A stretch of DNA of 63,162 nucleotides, counting the filler, from Octopus bimaculoides (taxonomy: Eukaryota): assembly GCF_001194135.2 (NCBI RefSeq). It is 4 parts of 3 records of this genome, joined end to end, with 100 filler letters (N's around TTAATTAATTAA, not from the genome) between each part and the next. Parts side by side here need not be neighbours in the genome. Positions count along the whole stretch, not along the records: positions 36,930 to 49,588 come from NC_068981.1; positions 49,689 to 63,162 come from NC_068982.1; 2 more parts are not named here. The stretch is one strand, 5' to 3'. Every line of letters starts with the position of its first letter. Positions within the stretch are counted from its first letter, which is position 1. The notes beneath the pieces are model-generated. The model saw nothing but the letters and a program-made list of their open reading frames with translations, was not told the origin of the DNA and ran no database searches. A program made the position numbers and the translations under genes. Below are positions 40,801 to 54,355 of the stretch, piece after piece.

Positions 40801-42297
40801 CTTAACTGGCTGCATTGTCGAATTCAACTTTTCACATGAATATACTCAGTAAACGTTCTGTATCATAGGGTGCCATGCTGGTTGTCAATGTCAAGTATGG
40901 TAACGAAAGAGCTTTTGTTTCTCTTTGATATTCTTTTGTTCATATCGGTTTATATGATTTTGATACTGCCGTGGGTTGCTTGTCGCTACTCGATTTGAGA
41001 TGATCAATGGAGATACGTTTCTTTGGCTGCGTACAATAGCTCAAACAAATGCGCGAGCATTTACCTGAATATTTATTGCCGGACATAAAGATATTTATTG
41101 CTGGCTATCTACATTGAACAATATTAACAAATGCCAACTGTCACCGACAGAAAAACCGAGTCGCATGCGTAGAAGTTACTTATGAGACATTGCATAAATG
41201 TTCAGAAGGGGTCTGTCTGATAACTGTGAATTGTCTGAACGAATTTCCATAGCAATAGTTTAGCGCAAGTTGCACGGCCGCCTTCAAAACACTGTAATTA
41301 GAAAGTTGCCGAAAGCTATCTTTTATACTGAACAATAATATTCGAGAAAACCATATCACTCCACAGCCTCACACTGATTTGTCGATTTATAGACTGATCG
41401 TGAGAAACTATGGTAGTTAGCTTCTAGTGTCTGCCCGAGTATCTAGTGATTAGGTTACAAGTATTTTCCTCCCGGAAACAATGTAACGGAGATCTTATAT
41501 AAAAATAGGCCAACATAAGTGAAAACAAACAAGAAAAATAAAAACATGCTTTGAATACAGATGCATTTTTAGGACAATGAATTTTGTTCGAGTTAAATCA
41601 TAAACAACATTAAGTCTGTAATGAAAATAAAAAGATAATATAATTCGTTGCCATAATTATATTCTATTGCGGAAGTCTATAAATTCACGAATTAAAATAA
41701 GATGATTTCGAAAAATGTGTATATTTACACAGGTTCTGCTAGTTTACATTCCAAATCTTAGCACCACATCTGCAATACGAACATGGGTTTAATCTAAGGA
41801 AGAATATCCCTGTATTACAGTGAAACGGCAGATTCAGTGTTTGTAACATCAAGAAATTTCCGAGTGTCATCGGCAGACGTGACACAAGCTCGGTATTAAC
41901 TGAGCGTTGAAACCAGTTTGTGATCATGACTCGTCATCAACTTAATTTGCAACTTGACGTCACTCATCTTTGAAAAGGAAATATTAATTATGAATATCGA
42001 GTGGTGCAGTAAGGTAATTTAGATAAGGTTATATAATTGAATATGACAATACCTCAGTGCAATACATTATATAGTAAAATATTATCAAAGAGGCTTATTA
42101 AGGCGAAATGATCTTAAAATACGGGGAAAGGGAGGAAGGTGATCGTATATTTCCATTTTCGACGTATGTTATCAGAAATAATCTTTAGTGAGTCGTCTCA
42201 CTTAGCATTCAATATATTATCGTTACAAGAGCCAACACCACCACTTATGGACGCTTACGCATTACTTGTATAACTGCACTTATATGCATATATGTGC

Positions 42298-42349
<52 letters not shown>

Positions 42350-42713
42350 NNNNNNNNNNNNNNNNNNNNNNNNNNNNNNNNNNNNNNNNNNNNNNNNNNN
42401 NNNNNNNNNNNNNNNNNNNNNNNNNNNNNNNNNNNNNNNNNNNNNNNNNNNNNNNNNNNNNNNNNNNNNNNNNNNNNNNNNNNNNNNNNNNNNNNNNNNN
42501 NNNNNNNNNNNNNNNNNNNNNNNNNNNNNNNNNNNNNNNNNNNNNNNNNNNNNNNNNNNNNNNNNNNNNNNNNNNNNNNNNNNNNNNNNNNNNNNNNNNN
42601 NNNNNNNNNNNNNNNNNNNNNNNNNNNNNNNNNNNNNNNNNNNNNNNNNNNNNNNNNNNNNNNNNNNNNNNNNATATATATGTATATATGTATATATACA
42701 TATACATGTATAT

Positions 42714-42751
<38 letters not shown>

Positions 42752-42760
42752 CGAACACAT

Positions 42761-42795
<35 letters not shown>

Positions 42796-43190
42796 ATAAA
42801 TGTATATGAATGTGTGTGTGTGTATGTCTTTGTGTGTTTTTGTGTTTTTGTGTATGTGTACGTTGGGGTGTCTACTTGTATGGAAATCACATATCTATTC
42901 AGCTTACGAATGTATTATGTATTATGAAGCATACAAGTACAGTTTCACATGCAAGCACATATACATAATGCATGCATGCAAACATACGTAATGTACAGAC
43001 ACACGTGTATATATATAAGTGTTAGTGTGTTTGTATGCGTGGATATGACTGGTGGAAATATGCTGGCGTGAAAGGTAATTAGGTGAAAGGATATAATCGC
43101 AAGCGTTAATTAATGTGGAATAATATTTATTTAAAGTCAACACTCACTACTCACTCACACTCACTTAGCTCTAATTATCTATCCATCTAT

Positions 43191-43204
<14 letters not shown>

Positions 43205-43269
<65 letters not shown>

Positions 43270-43270
43270 C
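43205..43270. repeat. (GATA)n microsatellite
   Basis: Directly visible; a second tract lies at about 43755-43793. Confidence 0.95.
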
Positions 43271-43751
43271 ATGGATAAATAGGTAGATAAATATATATAT
43301 ATAGATATATATAAAAAGGGCATTAACTGTGTATTAATACCTCACGCTATCGAGGGATTAATAAGTAAAAAAAACTACCAAAAATAAGTAACATATTTAC
43401 CGAAAGCGAGGGAACGCAACTTTTCAAATTGTATCTCTTAAAAACATTTAACTCAACGGTAGACCACTGGTTTCTCAATCAAATACAGAAAAAACTGTGA
43501 AGTAACCTGTATTCTCTTGTTCATCAGTAAACGTATGGTCAAGATATATAAAAATAAACAAGAATCAACCTACCACGATGTAGCCATCACAGTAACGATG
43601 ACTTTTGTTCACAATTATATATCCCTGAAAGAGATTTGAATTTATCCAGTTGCATCTCGGTAACATGTGCTTATACAGAATGATATTCAGCACTGAATAT
43701 ATTCTAATTATTTATAATATAATATAGGATAAATTCTTTATAAGAATTAAT

Positions 43752-43793
<42 letters not shown>

Positions 43794-43794
43794 G

Positions 43795-43950
43795 GAAGCC
43801 CAGGCGTGGGTGTGTGGTAAGAAACTTGCTTCCCAACCATATAGTTTCAGGTTCAGTACCACTGCATGTTACACTGGACAAGTATAGCCCTGGCCGACCA
43901 AAGCCTTTTGAGTGGATTTAGCAGACGGAAATTGCAAAGAAGCCCGCCGT
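43795..43950 (+). mobile_element. SINE family B head
   Basis: gcccaggcgtgggtgtgtggtaagaaacttgcttcccaacc...ggttcagtaccactgc...aagaagcccgccgtata. Confidence 0.8.
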
Positions 43951-45630
43951 ATATATATATAAAGTTAATACAATATAACAAAATAGAGGAGAAATATAGT
44001 GGATACTTATTTAATGTTATTCGTATCCCGATGAGAAAAGTAATACATATAAGATTTGAGATTTAAAGAAACAGAATCAACAAAAGAAATAAACATAAAA
44101 GAATCCTACATATGTTTCAATCCGGCCATAAGATTGATATCATCACCATTCAAGCGATGTTAGATGTAAAATAACCCCACATTATGTCCGGATATCGTCA
44201 CGGAGGATATTAACTTGCTGGTGGTGATCAACGAAATAAGTGAAACGAGGACCGTATTTTGAAATGTTCAAATAACGTAAGCAATAATTTATTAGGACAC
44301 CGAGATCGCGTGGGAAGATATCATGTTATGAAATCTTGCTAGAATACTATAACGTATTTGAAAAATAGACTTATAGGTGCTAAGTGACGTAAACTAGTGG
44401 TTTAATTAGAATATGGGCTGTTATGGGCTATTAAGGGTATTGAAGATAAATTGACAGATGAGATATATTTTTGAGTGGGGGGGGGGGGGGTAACCATAAA
44501 TAATTTGGGATATAAAAGAGAAACATAATTCGATATTATATACTAAAATACCTATTAATTATTAGCATTTCAATGTACTAACGTATACATTCCATCATTC
44601 AGAGAAAAGTTGTAGTTTACATACTGCGAAAAATATTAAATAAAGATTTAGAGAGAGAAAAATAGATTTTATGAGGTGGGGGAAAATAACGAAATATTAC
44701 AAAATGGGAGAAAAGTGGGCGACGAAACACACATAATTTTTTACGTGGGGTATAAGATACAAAAGAAGATAAAGAAATAAAAGTGAAAAAAGGGAAAATT
44801 TATTTTATACTATATACTACATTATTTTAGAATGTATATCGGAGAAAAGTTATAATAACTATTATAATGTAGCATTTCAATAGACCAAGTTATAAGTATA
44901 TATATATATATATATATATAATTAACATAATATGGTAAAAATTCGATATTAATTAATATCAATTTAATATCAGGAAACTAGCACATTAAAAGAATCAGAA
45001 GGTTCAGGAAAAATTTTTTTTCCAGATCCTAAGAAGATTATAGTACTTGTGTATATAAGATTGACCAGTAACCGGTCTGTCAATATGCTAGAAGAAGNNN
45101 NNNNNNNNNNNNNNNNNNNNNNNNNNNNNNNNNNNNNNNNNNNNNNNNNNNNNNNNNNNNNNNNNNNNNNNNNNNNNNNNNNNNNNNNNNNNNNNNNNNN
45201 NNNNNNNNNNNNNNNNNNNNNNNNNNNNNNNNNNNNNNNNNNNNNNNNNNNNNNNNNNNNNNNNNNNNNNNNNNNNNNNNNNNNNNNNNNNNNNNNNNNN
45301 NATCTATATATATATATATAATATATATATGTAATATAAATTATATATATATGAATATATACGCACATACATGTACATGCCTACATATATATGTATCTAC
45401 ACATGCATAAATGGGTACAGGTCGTCAAAAAACTTGAACAAAATGAGAAATAAGAATATGAGAAAGAAGAACATAAAAACCAAAAGCATGGAAAACGAAC
45501 TTTTTTTCGAACAAAGAAAGAAGCAGATAGAGAAACGAGACAGGCAACATAAAAGAAAAAAAACCCTTCATCAGTTCTCCTCTGTTTTATCTACTCCATG
45601 TTTCGAAGGTAGGGACAAGAAACTTTACCA

Positions 45631-45700
<70 letters not shown>

Positions 45701-46044
45701 TCATACATACTCACACACAAATTACTCTACACTTTCGCAGGCATAGCTGCGTATACCTGGCTGTTTAGATGAGTGTATCAACTGCTACTGGAGTAAGCTT
45801 TAACTGGAAATTTATTCATTTTTGCTACAAGTACTGAAGAAGCGACCAATTGCAGAAACATCTAAATCTCCCTGACGATTTACTATAAGGCAAAAAGTAC
45901 ATATGTTGTTGAGATTATTATATTCGAGAATCAATGATTCCGATTATTATATTTCATAGTAATAATGATAATCGACCCAAGAAAGTGATCATTGATTGTA
46001 GAAAACACTCAGGACCTTGAATAAATATTATATGATATTGTTTT

Positions 46045-46255
46045 CTGCTCTAGGCACAAGGCCCGAAACTTTTGCGGAGGGAGTCAGTCGATTAGATCGA
46101 CCCTAGTTCGCAACTAGTACTTAATTTGTCAATCCCAAAAGGATGAAAGTCAAAGTAGACCTCGGCGGAATTTGAACTCAGAACGTAAAGACATACGAAA
46201 TACCGCTAAGTATTTCGCCCGCCGTGCTAACTTTTCTGCCAGCTCGCCACCTTAA
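46045..46255 (-). mobile_element. SINE family A
   Basis: Reverse complement of the family A consensus. Confidence 0.9.
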
Positions 46256-49200
46256 ATGATATATATTATGTTCGAGGAACTCGGATGACTTTTGTGTAAT
46301 TCAAGTTGTCTATATTACAATCGCACATAGGTGTCTATATTACAATCGCATACACATACACAAACGCACATAGGCAGGTACATACATCTGTTACTGAGCA
46401 TGCATTGAATACTTGATTGAACGTAACATTTTTCACTACGGTACCTGATATGTGAGTGTGTGTATCTGTGCTCGAGCCTGTATGTGTGTGTATGCATGCT
46501 TGTGACTACTTGTTTGGGTGTGCGTGTATGGAGAGAGAAAACAGAGAAGTGACTGAGGGCGGGGATTATATAACCTCTTATATCTCAGTGATGATTTCTG
46601 TTTAAATATTCATCATACAGTAATGTATAATTCTCTGCATTTCTTTCTGCATGAGGATCCAGAAATGAAATATTCCGGAAATTTAAGAAAACATTATTAT
46701 AGTTCATACTTCGCACACGTAATTCCCAACTTGAAAAAGACATGTCATACAATCTTTAAACAATTCTCTGTCTATGCGTTACGTTCATAACGAATAAATC
46801 GTAATTTCAAGGTATGCGAGAAAGGCTAAACAATTAAGAAATAGTTTCGGTAAACTAAATGTTTCTACCTTAAATTGCTTATATAATTCGTGTCAAGCAA
46901 AGGGAGATAACCCCATTTTTAGTCACGCGCTTACATGCATACATACATTGCAAATCAGAGGCTGTTCAAGAAATACATTTGTGGCGGGGAAATATATCAC
47001 AGGTCCTGATATTTACCTCCAATCGACGGATCACATAGATATTATCTTCAGATATGTGTAGTGTCTTTTTCTTTGAAGCTACGGAAGTTAGAACTGGTAA
47101 GTTTGCTTATGAAATGAACATTCCAAAAGTAATTGCAACCTTACGTTATCAATTTCAATAAATTTAAGTAAGATAAGCATATCTGACATCATAATTGACG
47201 GCACATATACGGTAGATATACATTTCAGATATATATATATATATATATATATATCGGTATCATCCTTAAGAAGTTCACATTACTTTGTTTCGCCTCTCAA
47301 AACATAGCACAATTCTGCGATAGATATTTTGTCTTATATGAGTTTGTTCAGAACAACACACAATTTGAGTTAAATACAACAAAGATTTAGGGCAATATTT
47401 CCAAATTTTGCTATGTCATTACGACGTATGTTCATTTAAAGACAGGCGTTACTTGAGCACTGCAAACATCGTGCTTTACACAAGATTAGTAAATTTATAA
47501 ATGAATTGAAATCGAAGCAGTAAGTAACAGAATTAGCATTAGTTTCACCAAGTTTGGGACTCAGCCTTGATCTTGATGATCTTACCAACTATAAATATTG
47601 GAAATATTTCTTCTGGAACAGTATAGGGGAGAAAATATAATACAAATGGGAAATCAAAGGCAGCTATATTTCTATTCCCATTTCAGGAATTTTACTTCAT
47701 TTTCTCCACACGTCTCGTTGAGTCGCATGCGCTGCTATATTGGATTCTCTGTTAAAATCTAAATCTCTTCGTTTTTGCTGGGTTAATTTCATTCAACATT
47801 TCTCGCTGAAACGCAGTCCTATTGGTTTGGCCACTCGTTTAATCACTCACAGACCGAAGTATTCTGGGATGGAAACTCATCAGAGCCCCTCCTTCGATGC
47901 CGTAATGGGCGTTGTAAACAGCCGATTATGTTGATTAGTATGATGAAGGTGGCTCTTGAATCAATATCTGATCTTCACTTGTATAGTGTCTGCCACCGAA
48001 GTCGGATTTGTTGACGACACCCCATCTGATGTGTATGATCTCTAAGAGTAGTCGGCTTCTGATCGTGATATTGTAGATTGACCAACTGGAGCTGAATCTA
48101 ATCGTCTATGATGAACGCTGATAATCATACAAGCACACTGGCAACTTGTGGATGACAAACTCATTGAGAGTAAAGGTACACATAAGTGAATACCAAGAGG
48201 TATTTACACATGTGTAGTTCTGAACTCAGTTGTTGAAACATGAGCGACAGTCAGAAATTATCAGCGACATGATTCATAACAAGGAGTTGTGTGCTAACGA
48301 AAATTCATTTATTCAAGTGCTCGATACGCAAGAAATATATCACTCATTTAAACCCACCACCTTTAATAAAAAAGAATATATCAGATATGATATTCCTAAG
48401 TCTTCGCTATAGCTGGGATGTTCACGATCTTCGATTAACTTCGTCAATGTTCTCCTGTACTACGGCTGACTAAAGTCTAAATGGCAACACAAAATTGCAT
48501 GCAATATCTATTTACATCGAGGTTTTGGTGTTTAACATTGGCTTGCTAACGAAAACTGAATTGTAGCAGTTTGCTTATATATCAAATATAACGGTGGGAT
48601 AAGAAACGCCACTTTCTCGGCATAGGACTCGTCATATTTAAACAAAATGTGAAGTATTTTGTGGTGGAAAAATACGTCGGATAGAATACTTCTAAAACGC
48701 ATACAACTTGATACTGAAGACATCAAATGTCTTTAACGTTTATACAAGATCTATAAAAATACATATATACATGTAAGATAAATGACACCGTGTGACCTGT
48801 ATGGATTTTATTTGAGAGCATTAGTGAATAATCGTAAGTAGACATTATGTTCACCGGGAAAAAGATCAAGAGATTAAGACACACACATAAAGCACATGTA
48901 TTCACACACACGCTCACACACACACACACACACACACACGAATTACATGTGTTCACACACGCACATAAGCATTCACATACACTATCTGATATATAAATAT
49001 ATGCATTCATATGTGTATATGTGTGACTGTGTAATCGTCTCTGTGCGGCCATCTGTGAATATATAGTCAACAGATATGTATATAAAAGATTGATTGCGCA
49101 TGTGTTTGCGCATAAATTCAATTGTTGATAAAATGCATTGATGGATAGTTACTGAAATAAAACACTCAGAGACACTAAGACAAGCAAAAACACTCGCAAA

Positions 49201-49350
49201 TATATGCATATTCATATAGATTCTAACATCTATAACTAACGTACACAATCATTCTATGAATGTAAACAGATAGATATAGAGTGAGAGAGAGGAGGAGACA
49301 AATATAGTAAAGGAAAGATAGTAAAACAACTATATATATATATATATATA

Positions 49351-49478
49351 AAGAGCGTAAGTTCGAAACGTTAAAGACTTTTTCACTTCCCGAGCGTTAA
49401 ACTAATACATCTGTTTGTTGTCTACACCACCTGTCTTCGTCTTCTGTTTGTTTGTTTCTTTTGCGAATTCTCCTCATA
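49351..49478 (+). mobile_element. Short repeat family F, 5'-truncated copy
   Basis: Matches 58717-58840 (aagagcgta..tcgaaacgttaaaga...cccgagcgttaaactaatacatc). Confidence 0.75.
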
Positions 49479-49736
49479 TATATTCGATATATATATATAT
49501 TAGATAAACGAACGAAAGCGGTAATAAAAAAATTATCCAAAATTCTGAGTGCCTCTTTTCCCTCGATATATATATATATATATATATANNNNNNNNNNNN
49601 NNNNNNNNNNNNNNNNNNNNNNNNNNNNNNNNTTAATTAATTAANNNNNNNNNNNNNNNNNNNNNNNNNNNNNNNNNNNNNNNNNNNNATATATATATAT
49701 ACATACATATATATACATATATATATATATACATAT

Positions 49737-49767
<31 letters not shown>

Positions 49768-51375
49768 CATATATACACACACACACACACAATATGTTCT
49801 CCAAAAAGCGATCGAAATCAATGAGGGCCTTCAGACAGTCAGCTGAGGATGGCCAGTGACAAATAATCTTGCAATTAGAGTAAATTTGTCTGTTGCGCTT
49901 GAAAGTCCGTTTGATTTCTTTAATATATATTACAAATAGTGACTTCAAGTAAGAAGTAATTTGCACTGTCTTCTTACAAATTAAACTCTTTAGAAGAAAC
50001 TTCTACACTTATCCTTTGAACTTAGACGCTGCGATTATGGTTGACGCTGTTTGTGGTTAATGCTGACGCTGTTGATGCTAGCTGATGCTAGTTGTTCGAG
50101 GTGGTAGAGCGTCTATTGTGTTTAGTGGTGATGATGAAGGTGGGGGTTGGCCATGTGGATGGTGTGGGGTGGGGGGAATCGTAGAGCTGGTGAGGGTGGG
50201 GAGAGGTGGAAGCAACTGCGGTCGCCAAATAAAATTGTCTGTCGTATTTTTCTTTCGCGCTTGTTGTTTATAAATACACATATATGTATAACCCTTTTGA
50301 CCGTTCTATTGTTTCTTTTTCTCTTTCTTTCTTTCTCCCCCCTCTCTCTCTCCTCACACGCTTATACCCAAGAGACAGACAATCACCTGTGCGTACGTGT
50401 GTGTCTGTATGTATATACATATATTTTTGTGTATGTATATAAACGTGCATGTCTGTGTGTGAGAGTGTGTATATACATATGCATACATATATATATGNNN
50501 NNNNNNNNNNNNNNNNNNNNNNNNNNNNNNNNNNNNNNNNNNNNNNNNNNNNNNNNNNNNNNNNNNNNNNNNNNNNNNNNNNNNNNNNNNNNNNNNNNNN
50601 NNNNNNNNNNNNNNNNNNNNNNNNNNNNNNNNNNNNNNNNNNNNNNNNNNNNNNNNNNNNNNNNNNNNNNNNNNNNNNNNNNNNNNNNNNNNNNNNNNNN
50701 NNNNNNNNNNNNNNNNNNNNNNNNNNNNNNNNNNNNNNNNNNNNNNNNNNNNNNNNNNNNNNNNNNNNNNNNNNNNNNNNNNNNNNNNNNNNNNNNNNNN
50801 NNNNNNNNNNNNATATAGACGCACAGATATACATATAGGTACGTACACATGCATTATTTATATACATACATATATACATATACACATGTATATGCATACG
50901 TATGCATGCATCTATGTATATACTTACGGACGGATGTGCGATTGTGCTCGTGTACCTGCGTATATGTTTGCATGTTGTTGCGTATATATATGTGTTCCTA
51001 TGTGGTTTTGCCTGAGTCTCAGAATAAATATTTGTGTCACTGTGTATAGTTGTAGGTTCTGACCATATTTGGCAAAGTGCTTTGTTCATTTTGTAAGAGA
51101 CGCACACAAGGTTAGTTTTCTTTTTCGAGACCATTCTATTGTTTGGTTTAATTTTGTCAATTATCTTGGTGACATTTTTGACTTACCATTATTATGATGT
51201 TACAAACCACGAAATTTGCAGAACAAGATATTTGGCAGACAACTTTTCTATTCTTTATAGAACAAATTCCTTCAATCATTTTATTGCTTTTGTCGTTGTT
51301 GTTGTTGTTGTTGTTGTTTTTGTAGTTGTTAATTTTATTTATTTCGTTCTTATGTATTTGCTTGTTTTTTATAAG

Positions 51376-51473
51376 CCGATCTGGCAGAAGGGACAGTACC
51401 CCTGTGTTTCGCCAGCTCATTGAGTCCCATTACATTGACGCTGTTAACCGTGCTGCTTAAAGTCAAACTTTAG
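51376..51473 (+). CDS. Candidate exon (DLAEGTVPLCFASSLSPITLTLLTVLLKVKL*, GPI-signal-like) or non-coding exon
   Basis: Acceptor ttttttataag| and donor tttag|GTAAGA. The phase-1 frame is open to a stop at the exon end. It may instead be the antisense of an RTE 3' end. Confidence 0.2.
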
Positions 51474-51899
51474 GTAAGACATGAAGAGATGGTACACCAA
51501 CTAGAAGCAAACAGTCTGTGAGAATGACTGGAAATAAGAGTTAATCTAGAAACTTGGACATAACTTTCCACATGAGTGCGGTCACATTTCTTTAGGGACT
51601 GCAAACCCACTTTTTCGGGAGGATGTTCGAAATGTTTTTCATTGCCACCCAAAAATTTTAGTGTGTGCACTTGAAACCCCCTGCAACCCCTGTGCCCGAT
51701 CCTGGACGAAATGTTGGCGATGTAAAGGAAAAGGTGAAAGACGCGTTAGCTGGGAATACCTGAGTGGAGATGGCATGAGTCCACTTAGCTCCAATAAGCA
51801 GAGGTCAGTGGGGAAGTGCTAAAAAGACAATGAATGAGGATATAACACATCTGTGAGTCTGGTTGATAACCTGTCAAGTAGTTTTTGTTATTCGATGGG

Positions 51900-53335
51900 A
51901 CTTCGAACGACAATGTGCTTACTTTGTACGGCTGCCTCCTGTTATTTTTCAATAGACAGAAGATGCAACTGTATTACGTAGTCTGTATTCCATTGAATCA
52001 ATTCACCATCTGGTTTAATACATACTTTCTGCAGCTCGCCTTTTATCTACATCAAAATTTCGACTCCATATCTGCCAGCTGGAACTACTCTTGAATTAAT
52101 CGCATCAATAACATTTCTTGAATTCAACATTGACTGTAATATTTTCTTCTCTCCATGTATACGCCCTACTTGTAATTTGCTTCATCTCTTCTTGGTTTAT
52201 TTTACCTGCCACCCGTCTCTCCAAACACGTATACCATTGTCCTTTATAAACTCCTTTCATTGTTTAGCATTTCACTTCACTGGCTTCCTTCACATAAAGC
52301 GTTATATTATCCATGAATAAGAGATAATTTATCTAATTATCCCCTCATAAGCTATTTTGATTTTCCATATTATCAAATTCAGCGCTATCATGACCAATAC
52401 AAATAGTAATGGAGATAAGCTATCGCCTTGGAACATGCCACATCCGATGTTTCTCTTTCCCAAGCTTTTGTTTTCCTCCAATTAATTCAGTACTCCATGT
52501 TTCATACATTCATTGGCCATTTTCTTCATATTTTCAGTAACTCCAAACATGCTCATTGTTTAGTTTATCCAACTGTGCGATATCATGTCATATGTTGTTT
52601 TCTAATCCAATCATGCTACAATCTGCGGCTGCAATTTCTATTTACCATCTTATCAGCTAACAACTGGTTTTTAGTTGCCCTCCTTCGACTCCTGCATCCC
52701 TTCTGTTCCACTGGAAGTAAATAATTACTTCCAGAGGATAACAATTTATCCACCAAGACACCAGTTATAAGCTTCCACATAAGTCGTAAACAGGTTATAT
52801 ATCTAAAATTTGACACCAATTTACCTTTCAAGGAATTAAGATATAACAACGTCCGTCCATTTGCAGTCACTGTAGGAACGTATCCCTGTTTAAGGCAATC
52901 ATCAGGGTATCTTCAATCCTTTCAAGCAACTGTGTAAAATTCCTCAGCCAGTAACCTCGTACTCTATCCGGCCTGGTCTTTGCTATACTTTTCAACTTCA
53001 ACCTCATTGGGTACAGATCAATTCTGACCTGCTTTTGCTTCGGTACATTAGCAAGTTGCCTCACCACTCTTTTAACATGCTACTCTGTATTTCCGTTGTC
53101 TCACTGGCCTGTTCCAAAAGCCTCCTCAAAATGCTTTACTTCCTTCCGCATCGGGAATCACCACCTGATACTGCTTCCCCACCATTTCCTCAAAAAGCTG
53201 TCTTCTGTTCGACTGAACCAATCTATTCTGTTCAAAACATTTGCATCTAGCTCTTATCCCTTTTCAATTTGACCTTTAAACACCACCACCCTTTCGGACA
53301 ATTCATCTACTGTTTGCTTTCATCTCTCTTCTAAC
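51900..53335 (-). mobile_element. R4/Dong-type LINE reverse transcriptase region, decayed
   Basis: Minus motifs in order: RPDRVRGYWLRNF, FRYITCLRLMWKLITG, LLPVEQKGCR...TKNQLLADK, GMFQGDSLSPLLFVLVM, a YxDD-equivalent LLFMDNITLY, and YGVEIL. Confidence 0.85.
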
Positions 53336-53339
53336 CTGT

Positions 53340-53940
53340 ACTGTCCATTCAGTTAGTCAGTTTGTCCGTCGATGCGACGAAGACCATCTAGTCATCCTAG
53401 GGTGGGTGGGGGCTTGCTTTGTGAGGCCGCAGATGGCTAGTGAGGCCAATCTGCGCCCGAATGAGTCTTTGACAGTGTGGACAGGGAATGGTAGCGCCTG
53501 CTACAGAGTTCTGTTCTTCCTGGCTTGTCTGCGGTCTTCTGCAACAGTGATCCTATTGGTCTCACATATGCTGGCACCCTTGTGGACAGCTAATCGCCAC
53601 CCCTCTCTGTCTAGAGCAGACTGCTCCCAAGTTGCATGGTCGATGTTGAAGGCTTTCATTGAGGTTTTCAGTATGTCTTCAAAGCGCTTCTTCTGGCCGC
53701 CTTGTGAGCGCTTTCCCTTTGGCAGCTCACCAAAGAGTAATCTGTTTGGTAGTCGATCGTCTGATAGGCGAGTTACGTGCCCTGCCCAGCGAAGCTGAGA
53801 CTGCATCAAGATGGTATGGATGTTGCTTTACGGTTGCCAGTCCTGGACGGTCTACCAGCGTCATGCCAGGAAGTCGAACCACTTTCATACAATACGCCTC
53901 AGAAAACTTCTCGGCATAAAGTGGCAAGACAGAATCCCGG
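53340..53940 (-). mobile_element. 5'-truncated RTE LINE, 3' end
   Basis: QSQLRWAGHVTRLSDDRLPNRLLFGELPKGKRSQGGQKKRFEDILK...WEQSALDREGW, followed by an RTE-like 3' UTR. Confidence 0.9.
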
Positions 53941-53970
53941 ACACCGAGGTACTAATACGTACTAAATTCA

Positions 53971-54020
53971 GCTAGTAGTAGTAGTAGTAGTAGTAGTAGT
54001 CGTAGTAGTAGTAGTAGTAT

Positions 54021-54081
<61 letters not shown>

Positions 54082-54082
54082 T
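53971..54082. repeat. (TAG)n microsatellite
   Basis: Directly visible. Confidence 0.95.
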
Positions 54083-54281
54083 ACTTCTGTCGTGTGCAGA
54101 GCCGCTATTAAACTCAACAAAAATTTGTGGATTTTTAACAAGTTTTACAGTGTGAAAATTATTCCGTTTAGGGTTTGGTTGTTTTAGAAATGGAGACTGA
54201 TAGAGCGCCTGTACGTCTACCTCGATGCCTGAAGTAGACAGAAGTTTTGTTTTAAGAATCATTTTGATATTTTTTCTCCAG

Positions 54282-54355
54282 TAACTTTATTGTTTATAAT
54301 AATTTTCAATATGGCTTCCTCTACCAGAGAAATAATAAGAACCAGCATCAAGAAA
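54282..54355 (+). CDS. Candidate exon containing a possible start: MASSTREIIRTSIKK (ATG 54311)
   Basis: Strong acceptor gatattttttctccag| and donor aagaaa|GTGAGT. One frame is open across the whole 74 nt. No homology recognised. Confidence 0.25.

Noticed and set aside
45560-45620. CTGATGA and CGAAAC on the minus strand
   Set aside because: Order and spacing do not give a convincing hammerhead; there is no NUH triplet with a pairable stem III.
47586-47612. 27-nt minus-strand micro-exon candidate with good splice signals
   Set aside because: No compatible neighbouring exons. It shows how often such patterns arise by chance in this AT-rich DNA.
47740-48420. Weak RT-like words on the minus strand (SEDQIL, INPAKTK) and short ORFs
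   Set aside because: Motif spacing is inconsistent with an RT domain; too degenerate to call.
51139-51423. 94-aa ORF with two hydrophobic stretches
   Set aside because: Hydrophobicity comes from a (GTT)n tract and T-rich polypyrimidine sequence.
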